Under the pieces are notes generated by a model. The model was not told the origin of the DNA. It did not search any database and saw only the letters and a list, made by a program, of their open reading frames with translations. Below are positions 24,747-37,780 of a stretch of DNA of 64,000 bases, piece after piece. Source of the DNA: Marsupella aquatica. Its lineage: Eukaryota; Plantae; Marchantiophyta. Numbering within the stretch: position 1 is the stretch's first letter; every line of letters begins with the position of its first letter. Where the stretch lies: positions 1,603,324 through 1,667,323 of the forward strand of contig OZ316891.1 of NCBI GenBank assembly GCA_973895155.1, written 5' to 3'. Made by a program: the position numbers and the translations under genes.

Positions 24747-25190
24747 GCCCATAAAGTGAAGAATGTCGAGACGAATGACCAGAGCAAAGACAGGATTGAG
24801 AGCAACGTATTTTTTAACGTTTCTCTGTTTTAAGCCCATAAAGTGAAGAATGTGGAGACGAATGACCAGAGCAAAGACAGGATTGAGAGCACCGTATTTT
24901 TTAACGCCTCTGTTTTAAACCACCACTGTTTATATAAAAGGAGAAAGCACCCTATTTTTAAACGTTTCTCTGTTTTAAACCACCACTGTTTATATAAAAG
25001 GAGAAAGCACCGTATATTTTAACGTTTCTATGTTTTAAGCCCATAAAGTGAAGAATGTGGAGACGAATGACCAGAGACAGGATGGGGAACACCGCAGTTT
25101 TTAACGTTTCTCTGTCTTAAGCCCATAAAGTGAAGAATGTGGAGACGAATGACCAGAGCAAAGACAGGATGAGGAGCAGGTTATTTTTTA
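24747..25190. repeat. Composite tandem array A-A-B-B-A-A (A ~85 bp, B ~60 bp)
   Basis: A starts GCCCATAAAGTGAAGAATGT and B starts ACCACCACTGTTTATATAAAAGG; both end in AGCACCGTATTTTTTAACGTTTCTCTGTTTTAA-like sequence. Confidence 0.9.
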
Positions 25191-27982
25191 AAAACATTTT
25201 GCTTTACTAGGCCAGTGTGGGAGAATGGAAGCCTACAAGATGCTAAGAATGTTCATTAACTGTGTTTTCTGAATTATTTCCTGATGGCTAATCTCCCTCT
25301 ATCTAAGGATGACCCTTAGATTGTGGTGATTGGGGTGTATAACCAGGTGGGAAATTGTCTAGTGGAATATACAATGTAGCCCATTTTGCCAAAAATGGCC
25401 AAACCTTTTTTCGGAGGTGGAATCTGGCAAATTTGCATCTAAAAAATAAGCTGATGGGGAGAATAGGGGCACTGCTTTTGGGAGTGTGTGATTTTTGTAT
25501 ACAATTGTACTGTCCCTCGGAACGTTGTAAAGATAGGTGGCCCACATTGTGAGAGAGATATGCTTAGTAGACCTCCTTCTGGAAAAAGTTTGCTTAATCG
25601 ATACTTTTCCTTAATCTGGGCCATTGATGGACCTTTCAATCTCAGATCTGGACTGTTGATAGACCTCAGGGGGTCGATCAAGTAACAAATTTCATTTTGG
25701 GGTCGATGAAGCAAATACCTCCACATTGTGATGAAAAAATGCCAACACATAGAGGCAGGGAATTTGACAGGCACTTCAGATGGGAGCCCATATAATTATA
25801 GCAGCTTAGAAACCGTGTCTCAAACAGTAATAAGGTCTTTACTGTTTGATCATTGCCAGATAAAACACCATAATTATATCCAATCCTGCCATGGCCGTTC
25901 AATCACTGAGCAAAAGCTTTGTCATCACCATTTGATCCGCCAAAAACATCTCCCACACCCCATACACCTTGTCGACGTCCATGCTTGGCCATGCCCGCCT
26001 CACCTCACTCTGCCATATATTTGTGCCTCACCCACAGTGTCCGGCTCTCATAGTCTTGCAATGCACAGGCATTAATTGGGCTTGTCAACTATAAGAAAAG
26101 CAACCAATTCATTTTGATTTATCAAACTGGTACAGACGTTGGAATCACATTCAATGGTATGAACAACTTGCAAACTCTACATAAAACCTTACCAACTTCA
26201 TTGCCCTTCATAGTTTTTTGTACTAGTGTCTATCAAAACATAACTTACTACTCTAAACGCAAAGACAAGGCTGAGGACTTGCTATCAAACATTACAATAT
26301 CTTGGCAATCAAAAAATTCTTGTCTCTTTACAAAATGAGGAAAATGAACCAATCCTGGCCCTTCATCAAAATATGATTTTTTTTTAGCATCATCAGATCC
26401 CCCAAGACACTCCTCGTATCTCAAATGTCTGCCCAAGCTGCCCTAATCCTGCCTGCACTTTCCCAAAATGAAACTTGAAAATAAATTTATAAACAATATT
26501 AAAATATCAAGAAATAAAACGGAACTTTTTTCATTTTTTTTAATGTATGCAAAAACTAGAAATATGTTTTTTAACTTTACATATCAAAAAACAAAAACAC
26601 TCCCTCCTATTGCAGGACCCTCCTTAGACGCCTCAATTTTGTGGCCACCATTACCCACCTTACATTGCTGTGATCTTTAACCTTTGTCCAAAATCTGGTC
26701 AAACTCAATTTGGTCAAACTCAACACTAACACTGACCAAAATGATAACATTGGTTTTTGTAATAACAACAACCCAGCTGAAATCACAAGACTTCCACGCC
26801 AACACACTGTGATAACAGTCCAGCTCTGATTCTTAACCATGGTTGTATTACAAAATTTGATGTTTTCAGTGCCAAGGATTAAATTACAACATCCTTTATG
26901 CAAAAAGATGTTTAATTTATCATGACATCTTTTATGCAACGATGTCTTTTAAGCTGTGAAACCCTTAATGCAACACCTCTTTTGTGGAATGGTATCCTTT
27001 ATGCAACAACATCTATTTTGCATTGACAATTTTATTCAACAATTTTTTTAAAATGATGACATCATTTATGGAACAACATCTCTTACTCAATCTCTTTTAC
27101 ATAACAACATCATTTGCGTGAAGGCATCTTCTCTGCAATGCATGGGTATTGAGATAATATGAACAGCAACCACACTATTTGAGTACAAGGTGCAGGCCTT
27201 GTTTTGGAGGAAGACGGCAGCCAACGGGTATAACATTGATAAGAACTAGGGTCCCCTAGCCTTTATATATATATATATATATTGGCATTCTCGCTCCTAT
27301 TAGGATGATGTTAATGGATGCTCTATAAATCCACCTCTTTCCTAATCTTTGAATGTGCCCCCGCATCTTGAGCTCCCCTCTCCACCAACCTAACTCTTTT
27401 CTTCCATTCTTTTCCCTCTCCACTCAGTTTCTGCCTCCCCTCCTTGTATGCTTGACTCTTTGACCATTTCTTCCAGTCTCCTGTTATCTGCCCAACTTTC
27501 ACCTCACCTCTCCCAATGCAAAGGGGCATGCGTATCTGCCTTTTGAGTTGAATATCATGGTCTTGAGGGTCTCACTATTAGGAGGCCGCCTCATGACATG
27601 CAGCTGTTTAGAAAAGGGTGCGAGTGCAGATTCTGTGTCTCCACATGAATTGTTGGTGGAGCAATAATTCTAAGTGTATCAAAGAAACCGTACATACACC
27701 CTTAGAAACTTAAACTAAGTAGCTGTAAACCAATCAGGAGATGACACATGTCAGTTTTGCACATGTGAACTCTTGCTCCAAAAGTTTCTTATTCATCATA
27801 AAATCATGACCATATAAATGCCTCAGGAATACGTCTGAGACCCATTATGACTACCATTCTTGCTAGATTTTAGGCATTCAACATGTTCACCATTTTCATT
27901 TGTTCAAATGCTTGTTTAGTCCACTACTACTAGCCTTAAGCATATATGCCAGCCCCTGACAGGAAGGGTGCAGATCCCTTAG

Positions 27983-28310
27983 AGAAGATTCCCCATAATT
28001 GGCAAACTGCTACATCTGGCATGGCACAGCTGAAGCGATATTCTTATGCACTTTCATAAGAATGCCCATTTATAATTAGGTTTTTTGCACGATAGATACC
28101 ATATCTTATTTTTTAAAGCGAGCATAGAAGCTAGAGTTGGGTTAGGGAAGATTCCCCAGAATTGGTAGACTGCTATATAATGGGCATGGCACCGTGAAGC
28201 GATAGTCTTATGCAACTTTCATAAGAATCTCTAATTATATTTATGGTGTTTGTTTTTCAATTGAGACCGTATCTTATTTATGAAGGGCAAATAGAAGCTA
28301 GAGTTGGGTC
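27983..28310. repeat. Diverged tandem duplication, ~160-bp unit
   Basis: GAAGATTCCCCA.AATTGG..ATAGAAGCTAGAGTTGGGT occurs twice. Confidence 0.8.
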
Positions 28311-28747
28311 TAGACTTCTACTTCTAGAGTGAAGTCTCTAGACCAGACCGATAGATAAAGACAAAACCGAGAAGGACAAAACTGAAAATGAAATGTAAAC
28401 CAAACACACCAATAGGGGATGAAGGGGAACAAAATAGATTCTTTTGCAATGCTTTTTCTTGGTTTTTGTCTCTATTAACAAAGAGAGAGATACTTGATGG
28501 ACCCCCAAAATGCAAAGTGTTCTTGACGGACCCATGAGTGATCCATATATCTCAAATCAATGTACCCAAAAGCTCATGGGGTCTATAAAGTAAGACATTC
28601 AATTTAGGGGTCCATCCAGTATATCTCTCCTATTAACATTCAAAGGATGTTTATTCAGGCTCGTATGTTGAGCTACAAGTGAGTTTACCAGCAACACAAA
28701 AGAGTTGACATCCGTGGGCCCTCAATGCAGATCGATAAAGATAGCTC

Positions 28748-28890
28748 TGTCAAATGAGGAAATGACAGGAAAACGGGGGTCAAGTCCAGTTGCAGGCAGC
28801 ATCAATCAGGAGTAGACTATGTCAAATGAGGAAATGACACGAAAACGGGGGTCAAGTCCAGTTGCAGGCAGCATCAATCAGGAGTAGACT
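28748..28890. repeat. Near-perfect 72-bp tandem duplication
   Basis: TGTCAAATGAGGAAATGACA.GAAAACGGGGGTC..GGAGTAGACT at 28748 and 28820. Confidence 0.92.
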
Positions 28891-29409
28891 GCAGACACCA
28901 AGATCAATCCGAATGAAAATCAAGACCCTTTTTGTGGCGAATGGCACATCATCTACTGTACGTGGTTGTTTCTGCTGAGAGTAAAATTGACACTTCATCA
29001 TTCTGCTAAAGAGTTCCGGTAATGAATTATCCTGATGTTTTCAAGATGTGTATACACTGAGCACCACATATCTGCGCATATACCTTGGATGCCCAGGGAG
29101 GAACGTTCATTCGTGCTGTAAGCTAGATTTCTAAATGACATTGGCAAATCGATTGGCCCAGCTAGGATCTGGGTGGGCCCATGGAGCTCAAAGTTCTTCG
29201 CCATCTTCCTCCCCTTTGAAAGGCAGTGATGCAAAGGAGTTCCATCTATCTGGATGACTTTGAATCGGCCTACAGGGAGCACTTGAGGAAGTTAGAATTT
29301 GATCAAAGCGCTAAAAGCTCTCTGAAGTGTGTTACAATTTTGCTTCACGCGAGTAGGATTCTTGCTCTTGGAGATTTTCAACTCAAAAGACACGAAGAGG
29401 GTGATTGTC

Positions 29410-30630
29410 ATGGCGGAGTTCTCTGTTGCTGTGATTGGGTTGGGCATGATGGGCTCTGCAGCTTGTAGGCATTTGTCACTGGCAACAGGGGAGAGGGTGG
29501 TTGGAATCGGACCAGCCGAGCCACAAGATTGGAAAGTCCACACTGGGGTCTTTGCATCTCACTATGACGAGGGCAGGCTGACTCGAATTGTGGACAAGGA
29601 CCCCATTTGGTCCTTGCTTGCAGCCAGATCCATCGAAAGGTATGGGCTACTGGAAAGGGAGAGTGGCATTCAATTTCACTACCCAGTGGGATCTGTGAGA
29701 GTCTCTCCGTTCTACGAGAAGCTGGGGGACAGCACTGCCGAGGCTTTAGATGTGGGAAGACAGAACGGAGCAGAGGTGGAGCTGCTGAGAGGAAAACCTG
29801 TTCTAAAGAAACGCTTTCCTTACTTTGGTTTCGACGAGGGTGATGTGGGGCTCATGGAAGACGGTGGGGCAGGTTACATAAATCCCTTGGCCATGGTGCA
29901 AGCTCAGCTGACTTTGGCAGCAAAGCAAGGGGTCCTGTTGGTGAGGGAGACGGTGGTATCACTGGAGCGCAGTCCCAATGGTGTGAGAATCGTCACAGAT
30001 AGTGGGAGAACATTGGTAGCAACCAGAGTTCTGATTTCTGCTGACATGTATACAAAATTCTTGATCAAGGAGCGTCAATTGGTCATGAGAACTGTACCTG
30101 AGTCTATTTTGTTGGCTGAAGTTGGGCCAGAGGAGCAGACGAGGCTGCAGGGAATGCCCTCGCTAATTTGGCGTCTGAATGACCACAAGCAACTTCACTC
30201 AGTCTACGCTTGTCCTCCAATTAGGTACCCAAACGGCAAAACTTATATGAAAATTGGTGGACCTTTTTATCGGGAACTAAAACTCTCAAACCATGAAGAG
30301 ATAGTTGAGTGGTTCCATAGTGACGGGCATCAAGGAGACGTTGAAACATTGCTGGACGTGTTGAAGAAATTGCTGCCGGGCCTTGAAATTGAATCTGTAG
30401 ATAGGAAGTCTTGTATTGCCACCTACACTGCTCACAAGTACCCCTACATAGATGCTATTGATGGGAAGCCTCATGAAGAGGCCCAAATTTTTGTAGTCAC
30501 GGGAGGAAACGGAGCTGCAGCGAAGTCCTCGGACGAAATTGGTCGCATGGCTGCGCTTCTCGTGGAGAACAGAGGCTGGACGTACGATCTGGAGGCTTTT
30601 AATTTCAAGGCAGTTTTTGAGGAAACTTGA
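29410..30630 (+). CDS. FAD-dependent oxidoreductase, DAO/monomeric sarcosine oxidase-like, 406 aa, intronless
   Basis: First ATG 29410. N-terminal VAVIGLGMMGSAA (GxGxxG), then GVFASHYDEGRLTR, AGYINP, YMKIGG and GGNGAAAKSSDEIG. Confidence 0.88.
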   Translation: MAEFSVAVIGLGMMGSAACRHLSLATGERVVGIGPAEPQDWKVHTGVFASHYDEGRLTRIVDKDPIWSLLAARSIERYGLLERESGIQFHYPVGSVRVSPFYEKLGDSTAEALDVGRQNGAEVELLRGKPVLKKRFPYFGFDEGDVGLMEDGGAGYINPLAMVQAQLTLAAKQGVLLVRETVVSLERSPNGVRIVTDSGRTLVATRVLISADMYTKFLIKERQLVMRTVPESILLAEVGPEEQTRLQGMPSLIWRLNDHKQLHSVYACPPIRYPNGKTYMKIGGPFYRELKLSNHEEIVEWFHSDGHQGDVETLLDVLKKLLPGLEIESVDRKSCIATYTAHKYPYIDAIDGKPHEEAQIFVVTGGNGAAAKSSDEIGRMAALLVENRGWTYDLEAFNFKAVFEET

Positions 30631-32861
30631 ATTAAGGATTCGAAGATGTTAGTCCAATTACACTAAATCCGGCTGCGGAAATCATCCAACAATGCTGTCA
30701 TGTGCATCATCTTGATTGACGGAGAATTTTGGTTCCCGAAAAGTGCAATATGGTGGCAGCTCAACACAGGTGAGCTCTAGAATTCCTGCAGTAGGGCTGT
30801 TTGTAGAGCTCGTTGCCGATGATGAGTCCGCCGAGAAGATCGTAGCGATCATGGATGACAAGGGTGGCTGGCAACAGAGAAACGGGGAGGTAACCTTTTT
30901 GCAAAAGTACTTTAGTGCACAAGTCTAGACTATGGGTCTCAGCCCAATGCAGTTAGAGGTTGAGCAGTACAAATGGCAACAACAGTGGAAGAAGTTTGGA
31001 GTCTTGGCGATTGATTCTTGTTCATCTCAAAACTCTCAAATATATTGCAGTGACTAGAGCTCAGAACTCTGAATTTGCCAATGGCTTGAATGCAATGCGG
31101 TGGCTAGCTATCACCTTTGGAGGAAGGGTTGACTGCACGCTTCATCCATGTCACCCCAACAAAGTGAGGGTCTTTCACTCAGCTTCGCAAAGTCGATCTG
31201 AAATTAGGGGTACGGCCGTTGGTGATTTGTCAAAATCTATTGAATGTGAAGCAGTTTCATTCAGCGGTCACGAGGGTTGCACGATTGTCAAGGAAGCAAG
31301 CCAGTGAACTAATAATATAGCACTAGCCAGCGACAACAAGGAGGTCACGTAACCGGGGTCCTCCAGAATGGTTGCTGCAAAGAAGCCGAGTGGGGTATGT
31401 ATTCCTTGGAAACGGAATGCAGGAATTTTGGCCAGTCGTCTACAATGAATTATCGTTATCGCAAAACGGTGGCCGTTATTGCGCATGAAGAAGAACATTT
31501 GAGGGAACTGCACTGTGCCAGATGCATGCAATCTGAACAAGCCGCCCGGATAACAAGTGTGATACGGTTGAAAGCAAGTTAGGGCTGGATCTCTCAACTG
31601 GACGAGTATTCAAAGCGTTCACAATGGATTTATGCACTTGACGTTTTGAAGTTATGCAGGTCTGGTGCACTGACACAAACCACCCTTTCCATGCTAGAAA
31701 GTATCCTACGCAGCTTACCTCTGTCAAGAACTGCAGAGTTTAACAATTTCTGGTAACAGTCCTTTGCTAGGTACGGATGCTTAGTAGTAGTAGACTTTTT
31801 GTCGTACAGTTGACCTGAGGAGCCTGATTCTAAATGCTTTTGTGGCACTATCGTCCATTCTGAAGTTGCCTTTGAAGTGGATGTAAACAAGGACAACAAG
31901 GGTTGGACCAGTTAATTGATGTCCACGAAGTGAACAATGATGGCAAAGGCTATGTTTCCCCCCTCAAATGTCTCTTCGGGTACTCTCTAAGAGATGCCCC
32001 GAGTTCTTAGTAAACCGAAGACCATAGAAGTGCGAAGTGTCATTTGCCAGGGGTTTGCTAGTATGCCAAACAATAATGAGTAGGCAGCCTTTCAACTGAT
32101 CACTGGATATTGATGTAAGCCTTCCCATTGACACGACTCTGATATACGTCCAAAAAGCGCTACTCGAGGTTGTCCGATGTTTTCCCCGAATGCTACTGCA
32201 ATCCAAGCGTATTTCCTCCTTGGGGATTTGGACACTCGTTAGAGTTCTGATAAATTTCAAGGAATGGCCTTGACTCTTAAGGGAACTGGCCGTACGGAAG
32301 TCAATCGTTCAAAAACCAAATGGAGCCACTGTTAAGTTCCCCTATTATATGCAAGTGACAGATAGATGCTCTGTTTTGAAATTTTGTTCCTTGAGGCACA
32401 AATAACAAGCCTTCTCAATCAACGAAATTCTTTTGTTCCAGCGGAATTCCAGAAAATAAAAGCCATGACAAGTACCAAGAGAGAAAAGCCATTCCTTATG
32501 CAATGGATTGGGAATGTGTCCTAGCCTCCTCAATCTTCTTACTATGAACAGTTAGAACACTTTTGCTTTGTAATCAATTCGACACTCAAGACACAGCCTT
32601 ATTCGAAATCATTCATACAGTGATCAGAGCTAGGACGGCCCAAAATAGATTCCTGCAAAAATAGTAATTACACGGTAGTTTGCTTGATCACTGCCAAGTA
32701 CCATCAGTCTCATATCAATACTTTACAATGCCGAAGTTGAGTACACTCAACCGAGGATCTCCTCAGCTCACATGCTTGCTTCAATATTCCAGCTTTGCCT
32801 CACAACCTAGCCAAATAGAAGAACTCTACTAGCAGATTAGCATCAACGAGGACTACTGATA

Positions 32862-35060
32862 TTACCAGAAGTCCCTGCAAGAGCATTGACCATCCTGGAA
32901 GTGATGAAAACGATTTGCATCCCTTACAATGATTGTTCTACCAACTATCTTTCCAATGAACTTTGCAGCACTATGACAGTCACCACACCCACGCAGGTTT
33001 TTGAAAATGCGGATTGGCGTGCCGGGAGGTGTGCTGATCATCCCAAATGCAATTGCCAGCTTTTCACTGTGGTAACACAAGCGGTATACCTTCTCTTCGT
33101 CCTCCACATCATGAAGCACACACTTTGTATCTGGCACATACCCAGCCTCCTTCATCAGCCCTGACAATCTATCTATTTCTGCATGAATCTCCTTAATTTG
33201 GGGATGTTCTTGGTCGTCTACTCTGAATGCATGGACCTTATTATTAACCGCAATCCAGGTCAAACCTGGCTGTTTCATTACACCTCTTTCCAACCTTGTC
33301 CTTTGAAGCTTTTCACTGCCATCCCAGTTTCCTGCAGAAGCATATAAATTTGACACCAACACATAGCCAGCAGCATCTCCAGGATCCAATTCGAGAACGC
33401 GTTCTGCAAGGTCCCCTCCCATCTCCACGTTACCATGTACTCGGCAAGCAGCAAGTAATGTTGTCCAAACTGTAGCATTTGGTTCACAAGGCATCATCTT
33501 GATCAGATCCTCTGCTTCATGCAATCGGCCAGCACGGCCAAGAAGATCGACCATGCACGCATAGTGCTCCACCGTGGGGGACATACCGCAAATGTCAGTC
33601 ATTGACTGGAAGTAGTGCACCCCTTCATCTACTAAACCTCCATGGCAACAAGCCGAGAGAAGAGAAACAAAAGTAACTCTATCTACCTCTGCTCCTTCGT
33701 TGCACATCCGCTCAAAATGTGTTAAAGCTTCCGTGGCATGTCCATGTATGGCAAATCCAGCCAGCATGACACTCCAAGAAACAATATTGTGTGTGGCCAT
33801 CTTGTTAAAAACACTTATTGCATCATCCAAGCTCCCACACTTGGAATACATGTCAACAAGGCTACTAGCAACGTAGAGATCTGACTCGCATCCGCTTTGA
33901 ACAATCTGCTTATGAACAAGCTTTCCTTCTTCAAGTGCGACAACACTAGAGCAAGCATTGAGCATGCCAACAAACGTAACACGGTCTGGTTTCACTCCTT
34001 CCCGTCTCATCTGTTGAGATAGTTCTAATGCCTTCTGTCCTTGCCCATGTTTTACATGCCCAAGGATAATAGCACTCCAAGCAAAAACATCCCTGATTTG
34101 CATCGTATCAAACACTCTCAATGCATCCTCCATAGCCCCACATTTACAATACATATCAACAAGGCTATTACCCACAATGACATGAGACTCGAAACCTTTC
34201 TTAATGATCTGTTGATGTATGTGATTTCCTTCTTCGAGTGCGAGTACACTAGCACATGCATTAAGCACCCCAACAAAGGTGACAGGGACTGGCTCAAGCC
34301 CTTTCTCTTGCATTTGCTGAAATAATTCTAATGCCTCATGGCCTTTACCGCATTTCACATGTCCCAAAATTAAAGCATTCCAAGCGACCACATTCTTCAC
34401 TAGCATTTTATTGAATACCTTCCTAGCATCCTCAATGCTTCCACACTTCGCGTACATATCAACAAGGCAACTACCCACAAATGGATCAGACTCGAAACCT
34501 CTTCGAGAAATCTGTTCATGAACACGCCTGCCTTCATCAAGTGCCCCCGCACTAGCACAGGCATTAAGTACTGCCAAAAATGTGACAGGAACTGGATCCA
34601 CCCCTTCTCTTTGCATTCGGTGAAATAGACCCAATGCCTTCTGTTCTTGCCCACATTTCACAAGCCCCTGAATCATAGAATTCCAACAGACAACATCTCG
34701 TGTAGCCATCTTCTTGAATACTTTCGATGCATTCTCTATGCTCCCACACTTTGCATACATGTCAACAAGACTGTTACCCACATACACATCTGTCTCACAA
34801 CCACTCTGCTTGATCCGTTCATGGACAAGTACGCCATCGTCAATTGATCGTAGACCAGCGCATGCATTGAGAACTGGAGGGAAGGTGAACCTGTCTGGCC
34901 TTATGCCCTGTTGCCGCATTTGCCCAAAAAGTTGAATTGTTTTCTGAAATTCCCCAGCCTTGACATGTCTTACAAGACGTTTGTTCCATGAGAAAACGTT
35001 CCACTGCACACTTCCTGGCGCCAATGCAGCGAGCTCTGATTCTACCCATGGCGGATTCAA
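32862..35060 (-). CDS. PLS-class PPR protein with E1-E2-DYW deaminase domain (organellar C-to-U editing factor); start codon unresolved
   Basis: (P-L-S)x4 plus P2-L2-S2, E1/E2, PG box (PGLTWI), HSEKLA and CGDCH Zn ligands, C-terminus CSCRDFW. The ORF-track start is a TTG. Confidence 0.93.
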   Translation of the reverse strand: MNPPWVESELAALAPGSVQWNVFSWNKRLVRHVKAGEFQKTIQLFGQMRQQGIRPDRFTFPPVLNACAGLRSIDDGVLVHERIKQSGCETDVYVGNSLVDMYAKCGSIENASKVFKKMATRDVVCWNSMIQGLVKCGQEQKALGLFHRMQREGVDPVPVTFLAVLNACASAGALDEGRRVHEQISRRGFESDPFVGSCLVDMYAKCGSIEDARKVFNKMLVKNVVAWNALILGHVKCGKGHEALELFQQMQEKGLEPVPVTFVGVLNACASVLALEEGNHIHQQIIKKGFESHVIVGNSLVDMYCKCGAMEDALRVFDTMQIRDVFAWSAIILGHVKHGQGQKALELSQQMRREGVKPDRVTFVGMLNACSSVVALEEGKLVHKQIVQSGCESDLYVASSLVDMYSKCGSLDDAISVFNKMATHNIVSWSVMLAGFAIHGHATEALTHFERMCNEGAEVDRVTFVSLLSACCHGGLVDEGVHYFQSMTDICGMSPTVEHYACMVDLLGRAGRLHEAEDLIKMMPCEPNATVWTTLLAACRVHGNVEMGGDLAERVLELDPGDAAGYVLVSNLYASAGNWDGSEKLQRTRLERGVMKQPGLTWIAVNNKVHAFRVDDQEHPQIKEIHAEIDRLSGLMKEAGYVPDTKCVLHDVEDEEKVYRLCYHSEKLAIAFGMISTPPGTPIRIFKNLRGCGDCHSAAKFIGKIVGRTIIVRDANRFHHFQDGQCSCRDFW

Positions 35061-37780
35061 TCTTCCGTCGAGCCAGAGTGCGTCTTGAGTCTTCTTATGC
35101 TTGAAATCCGGATACTTTACGTTTGCCTAACCCCAGAAATCCAAGCATAACGCATCAGTAATGAGATCAGCCTGCCTACTCATAGAAGAGCTGTAAGAGA
35201 GGACTCATACAAAAATCTGGACCCAAGAGATCATGGTCAAAGGTCGCTCGGTCGCTCGCTCGTTACTAATCTAATTAAGTAGATTTTTACGACTTCAAAT
35301 TTCCCGTTTCCGCGGCTAAATATGGTTTTGATCCCTCAACAATTTCCTCCCTGTTCTCCACTTCTCATAATTTTATCTATCCCCTTTGCAAAAGACTTGC
35401 AGCAGTTTACTTTTATTTGCGATATAGTAGACCTTCATGCTGCTGGCAGATCTCGTCAGGAATTACCTTATCTGATCGATGATCCCACCACTGTGATGGA
35501 TCAGAAAAGAACTCCCGCCAAAGTTTTTCTAGAACCCTTTTTCGGCCTGCCACTACGCAGGAACCGGTGAAAATTAGTAACCTTACAGAGTGAATTTTTT
35601 TTCCTTCATGTCATAGGTCATACTTTCATGCAAGCCATGATGAGAAATATTGCATTTGAGCTTGAGATTTAGAGTCCATATAAACTTGCCATCTGCCACC
35701 GACCACAATAAGAGTAGCCCACAGCTGTGTGTTGTTGCACTGCTGGGACCTAAACAGCGATTATATAAGCATTAAAGCACAAATTCATGGCTGTCTCACC
35801 AAATGGATCAGCTGAAGAAACCGCAATATCTCGTTCTGTAGAGAACTGAAGCCTGTGCCACCGACGAAAACCTATCACCAACGATAGATATGATCGAGTT
35901 TATCAGAACGAACTGCTCGAAGGAAAACTATAACCCTAAACCCTGAATCTGACTTGCTCTCTTCACTAATGTGGGTCGACAGTATCAAGAGTGAATTGCT
36001 GAGCGGAACGCCCACAGATCACATTTAGGGCAATGGGAAAAATAATAATAATAATAAAATTCAAACATAGAACAGCAGAGCACAAATCATGAAATTCACC
36101 TGAGAACAGGCTCCACCCGCGTGCTGCAGCTGTGGCGAGCTCTCTGGTCGCCGCCATCAGAATACGAGCAGCATTCCAATTCAACTAATTTCACTTCATT
36201 CTCAACGCAGCGGCAATCTCATTCCTTCGAGCAGAGCCTGTGGTCAGTGTTTCCGTCTGCCTCAACTTCTTGCCTAAGAGATTGCCACCATTGCCCGGCT
36301 CAAGGATGGGTGATCAACAGGACTTTGTTTGGAAGAGAAAAAACCCTTCACAGCTCTAATTCAACGAGGAGACAACAGATTTTCTTCTTTAATAAAGGAA
36401 GTATCTCCCCTACACTCAAAAGCCTCCAAACTACAGTACATGATTGTGGGTTTGCAAGTCTCGGAGGTCCCAAGTTTTGAAAGAAAAAAACTGATGGCTA
36501 TCGGATGCTTTAAGAAACCGATCTCCACAATATCCAATCCTCAGCTTATTCATTCACTCCTGCATCATTTGACCAAACAGATTTGTGCAACAACATTTTT
36601 GCGATGACAACATTGCCCAAACGATACCATTTTGTCGCAAAAACAGTGGTGCAACCCATGCACATTGGGCTAGTCAATCAGAACCCCACTGGCTTTTAGT
36701 TTTTAAAGTCTAGCTCATCATGTCTCCTCTGCTGATATTTCAACAAGTCTGTTCTCTCAACGCAAGATCAAGTAGCCCCAAAGCCTCAATCCAGTAGATA
36801 TTGGGCTCCATATTCTCGTGTAGCTAGTCCAGGACCCGTGATCGGAAGTGGCGAATGTGCTTCCATTCTTTACTCTGTTTTTAAGCCAAGATGGGTTGTA
36901 AGCAATGTGTTTCCATTTTTTACTCTGTTTTTAATTAAACCAACCACACCTGTCACTACAAAAGCCTCATTCCATGTCTCATTACTCACCATAAAGGGTG
37001 TAACACTCTCACCTTTTGTGTAGTACTTGCCAAAAAAAAAGTTTTGCAGTCAGCACTCTTTGTGGAGCTCAAAGCCCATTTCTGAACTTGTACTCTTTAG
37101 AATGAGAACTACGGGTTACCCCGTAGCCCTTTATAGGGGCAAGTGCCCTTTATAGGGGCAAGTGTGAGTTAAGTCAAGATGGGTTGTAATGCAACTACAG
37201 TATGTACAGTGAATTATCTCTAAGTGCATACTCCCCTGGAGACTTTGCACATCTAGCAAGTTTCTAGAGATGTTTGCACTTATAGATAAGCGTTCAGGGT
37301 TATATTCTTTGTCAAACTTTACAATTGGGGAGACTTCACTTTGGAAAAGCTGCAGGGGTGATTTGTGGATTGGAAACCAAGTTTGATCAATTGAATCAAC
37401 CAGATTGTGTAGTTTTGAGTGTCAAGACAGAGCTTAAATCATAAATCTACTCTGAGTATTTAATTTATTAGTTCTCTTCCAAATTGTGCCCTTTTTTAAT
37501 TTTTATCTTAGTAGCACATCACAAAATATAGGGTCATTTAATTTAGTCATTTTGAGAAAGATTTATTAAGATCCTGATGAAGAGGTTAGTGGAAATATAG
37601 AGTTTTCTAATTGAAAAATGCATACATATCATCATATGGGGTGCTGTACAACTTTAATTAAAGTGATTAAGGGGGCACCTGAAATAACCCACACCGTTGC
37701 CGTGACATATGACCTCTACATACTAGTGACCTAGCTCACTTTACTAATAAATGGCAAACATAAGCTACTTTCAAGGGCTA

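Noticed and set aside
29329-29409. GTG-initiated N-terminal extension of the oxidoreductase
   Set aside because: Eukaryotic context; ATG 29410 directly precedes the FAD-binding motif.
30716-32533. Short ORFs between the oxidoreductase and PPR genes
   Set aside because: No recognisable motifs or coherent frame.
33425-33445. PPR E1 region (CRVHGN codons) as a target of the hairpin 3' arm
   Set aside because: Only 8 nt of complementarity, too few for plant miRNA targeting.
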